A stretch of DNA of 64,000 bases from Limisphaerales bacterium (GCA_046593035.1 JBKJSC010000201.1:2273-66272); one strand, 5' to 3'; positions 29,756 to 39,570 are shown, counted from the stretch's first letter. A program made the numbers and translations. Notes: generated by a model from the sequence alone, not told the origin.

Positions 29756-29905
29756 AGTTGTTTTGTTCGATGTTTTCCAAGTTGCCGGGAGCGCGCCGCA
29801 AAAACGACGGGCCTTTCCTCGTGGGTTCCGGAGGCCATGGCCGTCCGCTCCGCTTCGCTGGTGTGGTTCGATTCTGATCCACCAACCGGGTTTGCAACGC
29901 CTGTT

Positions 29906-31297
29906 TTAGTATTCGCGCTTTTTCTTGCCCGGTTCGGGGATCGGATACATGCCGTTGGCGTCGGCCTGGACCGGTGCGGGGCTGTTGAAAGTAAATTTAT
30001 CCGCGCCGGGCGCGAATTCGTGATCCGAGTTGAGCATGTCCTCGAACGTGATTTCCTGCGCGGTATGCGCGGCCATGCGGCCCATGGACGTGACCAGGCT
30101 GGCTTCGACGCCGCGCTTGGCTTCGTTGTGCGGCTTGTCATTGCGAATGGCATCGGTGAGGGCCTTCCACTCGTTGTTGTAAGGATCCGCCTCACCCGGG
30201 GGAACCTGGGAGATCCAAAGCTGGCTGTCTTTGTGGGGAGCCTGAGTCTTGTAAGTGCTGGAAGGCAGGCCGCAGTCGCCGTTCTTGGAAACAATCGCCA
30301 TGCCTTTGCTGCCATGGACAAAACTGTGGTAGTAGGGCGCGGCCCCGATCATGCAACGTCCGTCCATGTACATTTTCGCGCCGTCCTCGAACGTGTACTC
30401 GACGGAATACGAATCGAAATTTTGATCCACGTTATTGCCGCGATAATGGCGGCCACCGATGCCCTGGCATTTCACCGGCCAGGCATTCTTCATCATGCAG
30501 AGGTGGTCAATATGGTGGATGTTGAAGTCGCTGAAACCGCCGCCGCTCGCCCAGAGGAAGCTGTGGAAGCGGGAAATCTGCCACATCAATTCACTCGGCT
30601 TGCCGGGCAGATTGTTGTCCGGGCCGGGATACTTTTCCGAGAAGGCCGAACCCAGCGGGCCTTGCATGCGATAGCCGCGGAGCAGATTGAGTTCGCCGAT
30701 CTCGCCGTCCTGGATGCGCTTCTGCAATTCCTGGAGCGCGCGGCTGTGGCGCGACATCAAGCCGACGCCCACCTTGAGATTCTTTTTCACCGATTCCTCG
30801 GCGAGCGCGAGCATGCGGCGCGAGGTCGGGCCGTCGGCGGTGACGGGCTTCTCCATGAAGACGTTGAGGCCCTTCTCGATGGCGTATTTGAAATGCACCC
30901 AGCGGAACGCGAGCGGCGTGGTGAAGATGGCGATGTCGCCCTTCTTGAGGCAGTCCATCGCGCCCTTGTAGCCGTCGAAGCCGATGAACTTGCGGTCTTC
31001 AGGCACGTCCATGCGATCCTTAAAATTATTTTTGAGCGTGTCGTAGCTGCCGGCGAGCCGGTGCTCAAACACATCCGCCATCGCGACGAGCTTCGGCGGG
31101 CCGCTCTGTTGCATCGCGTTGGCAGCGGCGCCGGTGCCACGGCCACCACAGCCGACGAGGGCGATCCGGATCTGGTCACTCCCTTGCGCATGAACGTGCG
31201 GGAGGGTCATTCCTGCGAGCGCGGAGACGGCAGTGATCTGGCCAGTGGTTTTCAAAAATTCACGACGAGTCGTGGGGGTAATAATGTTTGCTTTCAT
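29906..31297 (-). CDS. Gfo/Idh/MocA oxidoreductase with Tat signal
   Basis: TRREFLK, IALVGCGGRGTGAA, FMEKPV and IHHID. Confidence 0.92.
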   Translation of the reverse strand: MKANIITPTTRREFLKTTGQITAVSALAGMTLPHVHAQGSDQIRIALVGCGGRGTGAAANAMQQSGPPKLVAMADVFEHRLAGSYDTLKNNFKDRMDVPEDRKFIGFDGYKGAMDCLKKGDIAIFTTPLAFRWVHFKYAIEKGLNVFMEKPVTADGPTSRRMLALAEESVKKNLKVGVGLMSRHSRALQELQKRIQDGEIGELNLLRGYRMQGPLGSAFSEKYPGPDNNLPGKPSELMWQISRFHSFLWASGGGFSDFNIHHIDHLCMMKNAWPVKCQGIGGRHYRGNNVDQNFDSYSVEYTFEDGAKMYMDGRCMIGAAPYYHSFVHGSKGMAIVSKNGDCGLPSSTYKTQAPHKDSQLWISQVPPGEADPYNNEWKALTDAIRNDKPHNEAKRGVEASLVTSMGRMAAHTAQEITFEDMLNSDHEFAPGADKFTFNSPAPVQADANGMYPIPEPGKKKREY

Positions 31298-31449
31298 GCG
31301 CGCCATCCTCATCAGAAGTGGAATGGGTGTCAACTTTAGAGATTGCGGAAAAATTATTTTACCCGTGCAAAGAACGGTGGGACTACCTTTGTCCGTGATT
31401 TTGGCTTTCAACTTTTTAATGGGCCGGGTGTTTGCCATACTGCGTGCCG

Positions 31450-32025
31450 ATGGAACTGACTGACGCGGAGATCATCGCCGCGGTGTTGCAGGGGGACACC
31501 GCGCGCTTTGAACTGCTCGTGACCAAATACCAATCGCGCATCTTCGCCACCGCCCGCCGTTATGCGCGGCGCGACAGCGAGGTGGAGGACATCGTGCAGG
31601 AGGTGTTCATCAAGGCGTTTCAGAAGCTGGGCAGCTACCGGGCGGAAGCGCCGTTCGAGCACTGGCTCATGCGCCTGGCGGTGCGGACTTGCTACGATTT
31701 CTTGCGCGTCCACCAGCGGAACCGCGAGCACACCTTCACGGAGATCACCGACCAGGAGTCCGACTGGCTGGAGCGGTTTGTCGCCGAGCCAAAGGACGGA
31801 AGTGAGGCGGCCAATGCGGCCCGCGCGCTGGTGGAGCGGGTGTTGGAGCAGCTCCCGCCCCCGGCCCGGCTCATCATCACACTGCTGGAAATCGAAGAGC
31901 GTTCGGTGAAGGAAATCGCGCAACTGACCGGTTGGTCGGTGCCGCTGGTGAAAGTCCGCGCGTTCCGGGCGCGGGCGGCGATGAAAAAATGTTTGGAAAA
32001 AATGACGAAGGAAAAGTACCTGTAA
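31450..32025 (+). CDS. ECF sigma-70 factor
   Basis: EDIVQEVFIKAF, WLMRLAVRTCYD, SVKEIAQLTGWS and VKVRAFRAR. Confidence 0.93.
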   Translation: MELTDAEIIAAVLQGDTARFELLVTKYQSRIFATARRYARRDSEVEDIVQEVFIKAFQKLGSYRAEAPFEHWLMRLAVRTCYDFLRVHQRNREHTFTEITDQESDWLERFVAEPKDGSEAANAARALVERVLEQLPPPARLIITLLEIEERSVKEIAQLTGWSVPLVKVRAFRARAAMKKCLEKMTKEKYL

Positions 32026-32063
32026 CCAAGCGGTGCGCCACCGCGTCTGGCGGGATGAGATTT

Positions 32064-32369
32064 ATGAAAATCCCTGAGTTGCAGTCCAAAATAATCGCCG
32101 CCGCCCGCGCCCTGCCGTCAAGCGACCGGGTGCCGTATGCCTTTGAGAAACGGATCATGGCGCACCTGGCCGCGCTGCCGAAACCGGACGGCTGGTCGCT
32201 GTGGGGTCACGCCCTGTGGCGTGCCGCCGCGCCCTGCGTGGCGGTGATGCTACTGCTCGGCGTGTGGACTTTCTACGCCGACAATCTGGGAGGAACCAAC
32301 CGCCCGCTGGCCCACGATTTTGAGGACATCGTGCTCGCCGGGGACGATAATCTGGAAGAAAATCTGTGA
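32064..32369 (+). CDS. Putative single-pass membrane anti-sigma factor
   Basis: Follows the ECF gene; VPYAFEKRIMA plus one hydrophobic helix. Confidence 0.6.
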   Translation: MKIPELQSKIIAAARALPSSDRVPYAFEKRIMAHLAALPKPDGWSLWGHALWRAAAPCVAVMLLLGVWTFYADNLGGTNRPLAHDFEDIVLAGDDNLEENL

Positions 32370-32866
32370 GGTTTTGGAAAGTCATTCTGGCGACGTTGGT
32401 GATTTTTGGCGCGGGGGTCATTACCGGTGCCTTGGTGGGCAACCTGCTTTATCCGGAGGAAGCCCGCCCGCTTTCGGTCAAAGCGTCCGCCACCACCGCG
32501 CCGCCGCTCCAGATCCAGCGCAAGGAATTTTTCCAGCGGATGAAACGCGAGTTGAAGCTCCGCGCGGAACAGCAGCAGCACATCGAGCAGATCATCCACG
32601 AAAGCCAGCAGCGGACGCAGCCGCTGTGGGACCAGGTTGCTCCCCAGATGCGGGATGAACTGCGCGGGACGAAGGAGAAAATCCGCGGCGAACTGGACCC
32701 GGCACAGCAAGCGAAATTTGACGAACTGTTCAAGCCGCGCAATCCACGCAAGCCCGAGGAACTGCGCAAAATCGAAGATCGCCGCGAACGCGCGCCCCTG
32801 CGCGGGAAGTTGGACAAAAATCCGACCAAGGGTTCGCCGTCGGGCACGCCGCCCGAAAATCCGTAA
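32366..32866 (+). CDS. Membrane-anchored helical periplasmic protein (Spy/CpxP-like)
   Basis: N-terminal anchor IFGAGVITG; ELKLRAEQQ...ELDPAQQAKFDE repeats; GTGA overlap with the previous gene. Confidence 0.65.
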   Translation: MRFWKVILATLVIFGAGVITGALVGNLLYPEEARPLSVKASATTAPPLQIQRKEFFQRMKRELKLRAEQQQHIEQIIHESQQRTQPLWDQVAPQMRDELRGTKEKIRGELDPAQQAKFDELFKPRNPRKPEELRKIEDRRERAPLRGKLDKNPTKGSPSGTPPENP

Positions 32867-32948
32867 CGCTGGATTTGGTTTCTGGAAGGAGTTTTCTTTG
32901 CGGCTTCACGATCCGTAGTGGCACGGACGTACTGCGTGGCCACACGCT

Positions 32949-33192
32949 ATGAGCGGATTAAACAGAACTATGGCCGCTCGGCACCAGCGAAGCGTTCTCC
33001 CTCACCCTCTCCCGCTGGGAGAGGGAACAGCCGTTGGAAGTTTTCTTGAAATTCGCGCGCAACCGCCCAGCAGTCAGCGCCAGATTTGCCCAAGCGCGGC
33101 GAGCGTTTCTCCCTCTCCCAGCGGGAGAGGGCCGGGGAGAGGGAGAACGTCGCCACCTGCATAACGGCCACATTTTTATTGAAACCGCTCAT
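32949..33192. mobile_element. Composite miniature element: outer 14-bp inverted repeats enclosing a CCCTCTCCC/GGGAGAGGG REP doublet
   Basis: atgagcggattaaa / ttgaaaccgctcat (12 of 14 match); inner palindromes span 32993-33149. Confidence 0.8.
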
Positions 33193-33443
33193 TCCCTCGT
33201 AATGCCGAAGGTCTTCTCGAATTCGTCGGAGAACTGGCGGATTTGATTCGAAATCTTTTGCGGGGCCGCAGCGAGCGTGGTGAGCATGCGCGGCGTTGTT
33301 TCGGGTTTGCACCGGATCAACTCGGCCGCGCCCACCACGAGGGAGAGCTGGTTGTTCACGTCATGCCGCAGTTCGGAAAGCTTTTGGTTCAACGTCAAGA
33401 CTTGCGCGGCGGTCAAAGTCACGGATTCAGCGGGCAAAGACAT
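33189..33443 (-). CDS. Stand-alone HisKA-like (DHp) small protein
   Basis: 84 aa; LRHDVNNQLSLVVGAAELI resembles an H-box; no ATPase domain. Confidence 0.65.
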   Translation of the reverse strand: MSLPAESVTLTAAQVLTLNQKLSELRHDVNNQLSLVVGAAELIRCKPETTPRMLTTLAAAPQKISNQIRQFSDEFEKTFGITRE

Positions 33444-33583
33444 GCGGGATTGTTGGCCGTGAAACCGGGGAATAGCAAGCCGGTTTCACCAGCGGTCCCA
33501 GAATAAAAGGCGATCAAGTCAGGAGGAGGATGGTATTGGCACCAAGGTGGTTTTACGCTCTCCCGTCGCTCCGTTGACCAAAG

Positions 33584-33871
33584 CTATCTTTGTTTGGCCA
33601 TGTGGTCATTGAATCGCTTCCGTGCCAAACTATACCTGATAATTGAGATCACAAAACCAGCCAAAATAAGAGCAACGCTCGGTAAAATGGTGTAAAGAGC
33701 CATGATGGCGAAGGGTACGAAGAAGTTCGTTTGATATTCGGTCCATCCCCTTTTGTCCAGCAGCATGAAGGCGAGCAACGGGCCACAGCCCACAGCAAAG
33801 ATGACAACTCCAATCCAGAAGAGTTTGGAGAATCGAAATCTTGGTGGTTGTTCGTTACTTGCTTCGTTCAT
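33584..33871 (-). CDS. Small two-helix membrane protein, copy 1
   Basis: 95 aa MNEASNEQPP...HMAKQR; paralogue of 33921-34208. Confidence 0.75.
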   Translation of the reverse strand: MNEASNEQPPRFRFSKLFWIGVVIFAVGCGPLLAFMLLDKRGWTEYQTNFFVPFAIMALYTILPSVALILAGFVISIIRYSLARKRFNDHMAKQR

Positions 33872-33920
33872 GATTAGAGGCAAGGCCATTTACGCTCCCC
33901 CGTCGCTCCGTTGGCCAAAG

Positions 33921-34208
33921 CTATCTTTGTTTGGCCATGTGGTGATTGAATCGCTTCCGTGCCAAACTATACCTGATAATTGAGATCACAAAACCAGCCA
34001 AAATAAAAGCAACGCTCGGTAAAAAGGTGAACATAGCCAGGAGGAGGAAGACGACTGGATTAGGGTTTGGATCTTTGGTCAATCCCAAGGTGGCCAGCAG
34101 ACCGGTGGCGAGCAACGGGCCACAGCCCACAGCAAAGATGACAACTCCAATCCAGAAGAGTTTGGAGAATCGAAATCTTGGTGGTTGTTCGTTACTTGCT
34201 TCGTTCAT
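33921..34208 (-). CDS. Small two-helix membrane protein, copy 2
   Basis: 95 aa; same termini as copy 1, different central segment (TKDPNPNPV). Confidence 0.75.
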   Translation of the reverse strand: MNEASNEQPPRFRFSKLFWIGVVIFAVGCGPLLATGLLATLGLTKDPNPNPVVFLLLAMFTFLPSVAFILAGFVISIIRYSLARKRFNHHMAKQR

Positions 34209-34227
34209 GATTAGTCCTTTGGTCCAG

Positions 34228-34380
34228 TCACCATAGTTTTTGGTGTAGGCGACAGGCCGCGTCATGAATCTCGCCGCCGAAGGCGACGTTGCGCCAAGCC
34301 AGCGCGACCACCAGGGCGATGGTGAATCGGGGAAATGGGGAGTGGCGAAGACGGTTAATGTGAGGGTGAATATTATTCAT
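34228..34380 (-). pseudogene. Truncated paralogue of the ankyrin gene (leader and first helix only)
   Basis: Translates MNNIHPH...LVVALAWRNVAFGGEIHDAACRLHQKLW*, versus LVALAWTNLAYCGEIHDAA in 34431-35303. Confidence 0.7.
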
Positions 34381-34430
34381 GGTCGCTCCGATTGGCTGAG
34401 TGCGAAAAGCATCGCTTGGTTTCGTGCAGT

Positions 34431-35303
34431 CTATTCGTGGCCGCCATGCTGGCGCAGCAATTCCGCTATGTCCTTGCGGCCAAATGCCACCGCGTGCTGC
34501 AAAGGCGTCAGGCCGTCGTTGGTCTTGGCGTTGACATCGGCTTTGTTGGCCAGCAGCAATTCCGCAAAGTCCTTGCGGCCTTCGGCAGCCGCAGCGTGCA
34601 AAGGCGTCCTGCCGTCGTTGGTCTTAGCGTTGACATCGGCTTTGTCGGCCAGCAGCAATGCCGCAAAGTCCTTGTGGCCTTTAAACGCCGCCGAGTGCAA
34701 AGGCGTCGCGCCGCTGTTGTCCTTGGCATTGACATTGGCCTTGTTGGCCAGCAGCAATACCACCACGGCCTTTTGGCCATAATTCGCCGCCCAGTGCAAA
34801 GGCGTGCTGCCGTCGTTGGTCTTGGCATTGACCTCGGCTTTGTTGGCCAGCAGCAATTCAGCCACGTCCTTGCGGCCAAGCATAGCCGCGAAGTGCAAAG
34901 GCGTGCTGCCGTCGTTGGTGGTCTTGGCATTGACATCGGCCTTGTTGGCCAGCAGCAATGCCGCCACTTCCTTGCGGCCATTCTCCGCCGCATAGTGCAA
35001 AGGTGCCCGGCCGAAAATGGCCTTGGCATTGACCTCGGCTTTGCTAGCCAGCAGCAATACCGCCACGTCCTTGTGGCCATTCTCCGCCGCATAGTGCAAA
35101 GGCGTTAGGTCGTCGGTGCCTTTGCTGGAAATCAAATCTGGATTGGCTTTCAGCAGGGCCTTGACCTTTTGCAAGTCGCCACTCTTGGCCGCGTCATGAA
35201 TCTCCCCGCAGTAGGCGAGGTTGGTCCAAGCCAGCGCGACCAGCGTGACGGCAGCGAGGCGTGGAATGAGGGAGAGAATGGGACGGCTAACGAACGGGTG
35301 CAT
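34431..35303 (-). CDS. Secreted ankyrin-repeat protein (cap + 7 repeats)
   Basis: Signal peptide; repeated TPLHxAAxxGxKDVAxLLLANKADVNAK in about 99-bp near-identical units. Confidence 0.93.
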   Translation of the reverse strand: MHPFVSRPILSLIPRLAAVTLVALAWTNLAYCGEIHDAAKSGDLQKVKALLKANPDLISSKGTDDLTPLHYAAENGHKDVAVLLLASKAEVNAKAIFGRAPLHYAAENGRKEVAALLLANKADVNAKTTNDGSTPLHFAAMLGRKDVAELLLANKAEVNAKTNDGSTPLHWAANYGQKAVVVLLLANKANVNAKDNSGATPLHSAAFKGHKDFAALLLADKADVNAKTNDGRTPLHAAAAEGRKDFAELLLANKADVNAKTNDGLTPLQHAVAFGRKDIAELLRQHGGHE

Positions 35304-35397
35304 GCCCTTCTGTTTGCTCCGATTGACGCGCTGAGTCAAGCCGCAACGAACGCCGAATGGGGCAGGGGCAGGCTCTTTCGGTGTGTGAGCGTTGGGC

Positions 35398-35457
35398 GTT
35401 GGAGTTCAAGCTTCAGCTTGTTCTCGGCGGGAATCAAACTGAAGGTTGGACTCCAAC
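35398..35457. repeat. TGGAG-type REP-like doublet
   Basis: gttggagttcaagcttcagcttg ... caaactgaaggttggactccaac. Confidence 0.7.
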
Positions 35458-35597
35458 AAGTTGAGCCACCAGATCAAAAGGCCTGCGGCAGGTGCGCGAG
35501 TTTGGCCGTTGACGCGCGCGCTGGTTTCGGGCAGTTGTACCCGCGTGCCTGAACCCGGTTTTCATTTCGCTCCGCATTGTTTAGTCCGGTAATTCCC

Positions 35598-37337
35598 ATG
35601 AAGCCACTCCGCCTCCCCGTATTCGTGCTGTTGACCGCCGTGTTCGCCCTGCCGTTGGCGGCCCAGCAAGTTCCCGTCATCGAAAAAACCCTGGCCAATG
35701 GCATGCGCCTGCTGCTCGTCCAGCGCAATGACGAGCCGACCATTGCCAGCGGCTGGGTGGCGCATGTCGGCAGCTCAAATGAGCGTCCTGGCATCACGGG
35801 CATCGCGCATCTCTTTGAGCACATGATGTTCAAGGGCACGCCCACCATCGGGACGAAGAATTACGCGAAGGATTTGGAGATCATCGCCGCGCAGGAAAAG
35901 GTGCGCGACGAAATCCGCAAGGAAGAGGCGAAGATGCGCGTCGCCTATCGTCGCGGGGAAATCACCGACATGCTGAAGCCGGAGAGCAAGACCGAGCGCT
36001 ATCGGGAACTGGAAAAACAATTCAACGAACTCATCGTCCAGCAGCGCGAAATTCTGGTGAAGAATGAATTCGACCGCATCTACACCACCGGCGGCGCGTC
36101 CGGCATGAACGCATTCACGAGCGAGGATATGACCGGTTATTTCATCACCGTGCCGGCGAACAAGATTGAGCTGTGGATGTGGATGGAGTCGGAGCGCCTG
36201 TTGCATCCGGTCTTTCGCGAGTTTTATGCGGAACGCGACGTGGTCTTCGAAGAGCGCCGGATGCGGACGGAATCCACGCCGCTGGGCAAATTTGCCGAGT
36301 CGTTCGAGTCGCTGTTCTGGGAATCACATCCCTACGGCTGGCCCGTGATCGGTTGGCCGTCGGACATCCCGGCGATTTCCAAGGCGCAGGCGGATGAGTT
36401 TTACGGCATCTATTACGCGCCGCAAAACCTCACGCTGATTTTGGTCGGCGACTTCGACGCCGCCAAGGCCGGACAACTGGCGGAAAAATATTTCAACCGA
36501 ATTCCCCGGGGCAAGACCGAGCCGCCCGACGTGGTGACGCTCGAAGTCAAGCAGGTCGCCGAGAAGCGCATGTATGCCGAGGCGGAGACCAATCCGCAGG
36601 TGGATATTTACTGGCACACGGTGGCCTTCGGGCATCGCGATTCCTACGCGCTGCAAGTCCTGGCGCAATTGCTCTCCACGCGCACTGGCCGGTTTTACAA
36701 GGGTTTGGTGCTCGGTTCCGAAGTCGCCACGGAGGCGTTCGCCAGGCAGGAGTCCCGCAAATGGGCGGGCGTGTTCAACGCTGGCGGCGAGGCCAAGGAA
36801 GGCAAGACTCCGGAGGAAGTCGAACAGGGGATTTACGCCGAGCTGGAGAAACTAAAGACAACCGAAGTGCCTGCCGAGGAATTGCAGAAGGTGAAGAACA
36901 ATTTCGCCGCTGGCGAGTATCGCAAGCTCGCTTCCAACATGCCGATCCTGATGCAGTTGATCCAGCACGACGGCCACGGCCGCTGGCAGGAGATCAACGA
37001 AGCCGGGGCGAGGTTGCAAGCCGTCACCGCTGCGGACGTGAAGCGCGTAGCCGGCGAATACTTCACGAAGGAAAACCGCGCCGTCGGGATCTACACCCGC
37101 AAAGGCGGGAAAGCGGCGGCGGAAGACGCGGATCTCGCCGCATTACCGGCGGAGATGCGCGGGTCGGCCAAGCAAATCGCCGAGCGCCTGAAGCGAGAGA
37201 AGAATCTCGAACAGTTGAAGCAGCGTTTCCAGCAGATGGAGGCCCAGGCCGCGCAGGCGGATGAAAAGAGCAAACCGTTTTTCAATTTCATGCGGAAAAG
37301 GGCCGCCGAGCGGATCGCTGAACTGGAGAAAAAATAA
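35598..37337 (+). CDS. M16 (pitrilysin) metallopeptidase, catalytic subunit
   Basis: [13 protein letters not shown] (HxxEH), NAFTS and [10 protein letters not shown]; signal peptide. Confidence 0.93.
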   Translation: MKPLRLPVFVLLTAVFALPLAAQQVPVIEKTLANGMRLLLVQRNDEPTIASGWVAHVGSSNERPGITGIAHLFEHMMFKGTPTIGTKNYAKDLEIIAAQEKVRDEIRKEEAKMRVAYRRGEITDMLKPESKTERYRELEKQFNELIVQQREILVKNEFDRIYTTGGASGMNAFTSEDMTGYFITVPANKIELWMWMESERLLHPVFREFYAERDVVFEERRMRTESTPLGKFAESFESLFWESHPYGWPVIGWPSDIPAISKAQADEFYGIYYAPQNLTLILVGDFDAAKAGQLAEKYFNRIPRGKTEPPDVVTLEVKQVAEKRMYAEAETNPQVDIYWHTVAFGHRDSYALQVLAQLLSTRTGRFYKGLVLGSEVATEAFARQESRKWAGVFNAGGEAKEGKTPEEVEQGIYAELEKLKTTEVPAEELQKVKNNFAAGEYRKLASNMPILMQLIQHDGHGRWQEINEAGARLQAVTAADVKRVAGEYFTKENRAVGIYTRKGGKAAAEDADLAALPAEMRGSAKQIAERLKREKNLEQLKQRFQQMEAQAAQADEKSKPFFNFMRKRAAERIAELEKK

Positions 37338-37342
37338 CTGAC

Positions 37343-38854
37343 ATGAAAGCGTATCTTCACTTGAAGCGTCTGAATTCAATCGCGCTGGCTGCCAGCGTCC
37401 TGCTCTCGGCACCGTTCGCCAGCACTGCGGCGGACATTCCCGACCGGCCGGAGAAACTTACGTTCCCGCCGCTCAATTACGAACCGCCGACCGCCGCGAA
37501 ATTTCGCGTCGCGCTCAAAAGCGGGCCGGTGGCCTACGTCGTGCCCGACCGCGAACTGCCGCTCGTGAACATTGCGATCATGGTTCGCACCGGCGATTAC
37601 GCCGTGCCGAAGGGCAAGGAAGGGCTGGCGGGCTTGACCGGTTATTTGCTGGCGCGCGGCGGCACCAAATCCAAGACCGCCGAGGCGCTGGAGGAGCGGC
37701 TGGCGTTTCTCGCTGCGAATCTTGGATCTGGCGTGGGTGACTTGCAGGGCAGCGTCACGCTGAATTTATTGTCCAAGGATTTGGACGAAGGGCTGGGCAT
37801 TCTGCGCGAAGTGCTGACCGCGCCGCGTTTTCAGGACGACAAGACGGCGTTGCGCAAACAGCAATTCCTGCAATCCATCAAGGAACGCAACGACGATTCC
37901 GCGAACATTGAGCGGCGCGAACGCAACTTCCTGGCCTTCGGTGAAAACTTCTGGGTGAACCGGCACGTCACGGCTGCGTCGCTCGACTCGATCACGCGCG
38001 GCGACATCGAAGGATTCCATCAGAAGTGGTTTCATCCGGGCAATTTTATCGTGGCAGTGAACGGCGACTTTGATCGCAATGCGATGGTGGACAAACTGGA
38101 AAAGTTATTTGCCAACTGGCCGTTCAAAGGTGAAATCGCGCCACCCGTTCCCACGGACAAAGCGTTCGCGGCACCGGGGGTTTATCTGGTGGACAAGGAC
38201 GTGAATCAGGGGCGTGTGTCGCTGATGCTGCCCGGCATCAAGCGGGACGATCCAGACTTCATCGCGACGCAGGTGATGAATGACATTCTGGGTGGTGGCG
38301 GTTTCACCTCACGCATCATGAACCGCGTCCGCTCCGATGAAGGTTTGGCGTATTCGGCGGGATCGGGCTTTCCGGGCGGGGTGTATTATCCGCTGACCTT
38401 CATGGCGGGCTTCCAATCGAAGTCGCGCACGGTCGCTTACGCCGCGTCGATAGTGCTGGAAGAAATGAACAAGATGTTTGCCGAGCCGGTGAAGGATGAG
38501 GAATTGAACACCGCCAAGAAATCATTCATCGAAACCTTCCCGCGCACGTTTGCCACCAAGGGACAAGTGGCCAATGTTTTTGCCGGGGACGAATTCACCG
38601 GACGCTTTGCGAAGGATCCGGACTATTGGAAAAACTACCGTGCGAAAGTAAACGCCGTGACCAAGGAAGAAGTGCAGCGCGTGGCCAAAAAATATCTCAC
38701 GCCCGAAAAGCTGGTGATCCTGGTCGTTGGCCAGAAGAAGGAAATCCTCCTCGGTCATCCGGATCATCCCGCCAACTTGGAATCGCTCACCGGCCGCAAA
38801 ATCACCGACGTGCCGCTACGCGATCCGCTGACGATGAAACCGGTGGTGAAGTAG
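37343..38854 (+). CDS. M16 peptidase family, non-catalytic partner subunit
   Basis: ELPLV, GLAGLT (no HxxEH) and [23 protein letters not shown]. Confidence 0.9.
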   Translation: MKAYLHLKRLNSIALAASVLLSAPFASTAADIPDRPEKLTFPPLNYEPPTAAKFRVALKSGPVAYVVPDRELPLVNIAIMVRTGDYAVPKGKEGLAGLTGYLLARGGTKSKTAEALEERLAFLAANLGSGVGDLQGSVTLNLLSKDLDEGLGILREVLTAPRFQDDKTALRKQQFLQSIKERNDDSANIERRERNFLAFGENFWVNRHVTAASLDSITRGDIEGFHQKWFHPGNFIVAVNGDFDRNAMVDKLEKLFANWPFKGEIAPPVPTDKAFAAPGVYLVDKDVNQGRVSLMLPGIKRDDPDFIATQVMNDILGGGGFTSRIMNRVRSDEGLAYSAGSGFPGGVYYPLTFMAGFQSKSRTVAYAASIVLEEMNKMFAEPVKDEELNTAKKSFIETFPRTFATKGQVANVFAGDEFTGRFAKDPDYWKNYRAKVNAVTKEEVQRVAKKYLTPEKLVILVVGQKKEILLGHPDHPANLESLTGRKITDVPLRDPLTMKPVVK

Positions 38855-38870
38855 ATCCCATTCCGCCTTG

Positions 38871-38894
38871 GTAGGGCGGTGCTGCCGCACCGCC
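38871..38894 (+). repeat. Single GTAG REP
   Basis: GTAG-GGCGGTGC-tgcc-GCACCGCC, the same architecture as the ileS REPs, between convergent genes. Confidence 0.75.
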
Positions 38895-38899
38895 AAGTT

Positions 38900-39253
38900 C
38901 TACTTTTTGCGTTTTGGTTCCTGGCCGGCAGCGACCGTTACGCCCAGCCGGATGGAGACGGCCGTCAGCTTGTCCGCCAGCGTCACGGTGCTCACTTTGG
39001 CCTCAATGCCGACCGGGATGGCGTCCAGACCGACAAGCCGCCCGGACTTGAAGATTTCCGTGGTGGAATCGACGATCACCGTCTTGCCCGCGATGGTGAT
39101 GGTCTTGGCCGCGCGATCCACCTCGGTGATCTTGCCTTGAATGCTGGTGTCTTTGGGCGCGCCTTTCTTCTGGGCCTGGGCTTCAACGGTCGTGACGCAC
39201 ACGAGCGCGGCGAACAACCCCGCCGTGAACAGTTGGAAAATAAATTTACGCAT
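38900..39253 (-). CDS. Small secreted beta-barrel protein (DUF5666-like)
   Basis: Signal peptide; QGKITEVDRAAKTITIAGKTVIVDSTT. Confidence 0.65.
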   Translation of the reverse strand: MRKFIFQLFTAGLFAALVCVTTVEAQAQKKGAPKDTSIQGKITEVDRAAKTITIAGKTVIVDSTTEIFKSGRLVGLDAIPVGIEAKVSTVTLADKLTAVSIRLGVTVAAGQEPKRKK

Positions 39254-39570
39254 AGAGTTTTGGACTTTGAATTTTTGGGATCGCGAGAATGCTTATCCCG
39301 CAGGTCGGCCTTGGAAAGCACCAATTTTGCCCGCGTGCCGCTTTCGATTGGCAAGTTCTTCCTTGTGTAACCTATTTCCCGAAGATGACGTCTGTCAGCA
39401 AACAGAATCGGCGTCACTATCTGGCGCGAACGGACCCGTGAAAATTGCGGCTTGTGTCCCGGCTTAATTGCGCTAGAGCTTAGGTGGATCACCTCGACAA
39501 GCAAGCGTACCGGCTTGCTGCGGTAAAAATGCAGATGAAAAACGCTGGCCCGAATGCCGGCAACACGACT

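Larger units (their letters stand above)
33552..34214. repeat. Tandem duplication, period 337 bp
   Basis: 33552-33877 versus 33889-34214: near-identical except an 84-nt core. Confidence 0.95.

Noticed and set aside
32949-33312. Short ORFs with PLPAGEGRGEG-like peptides
   Set aside because: These are translations of the CCCTCTCCC palindromic element, not genes.
33540-34260. Integron cassette array
   Set aside because: No attC-like RYYYAAC...GTTRRRY palindromes recognised between the genes, and no integrase.
34431-35110. CRISPR-like periodicity
   Set aside because: The roughly 99-bp period is coding ankyrin repeats; there are no unique spacers and no cas genes.
33552-35303. Diversity-generating retroelement
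   Set aside because: No reverse transcriptase in the window, differences are not adenine-specific relative to either copy, and AAC codons in the ankyrin repeats are preserved. A remote template cannot be excluded.
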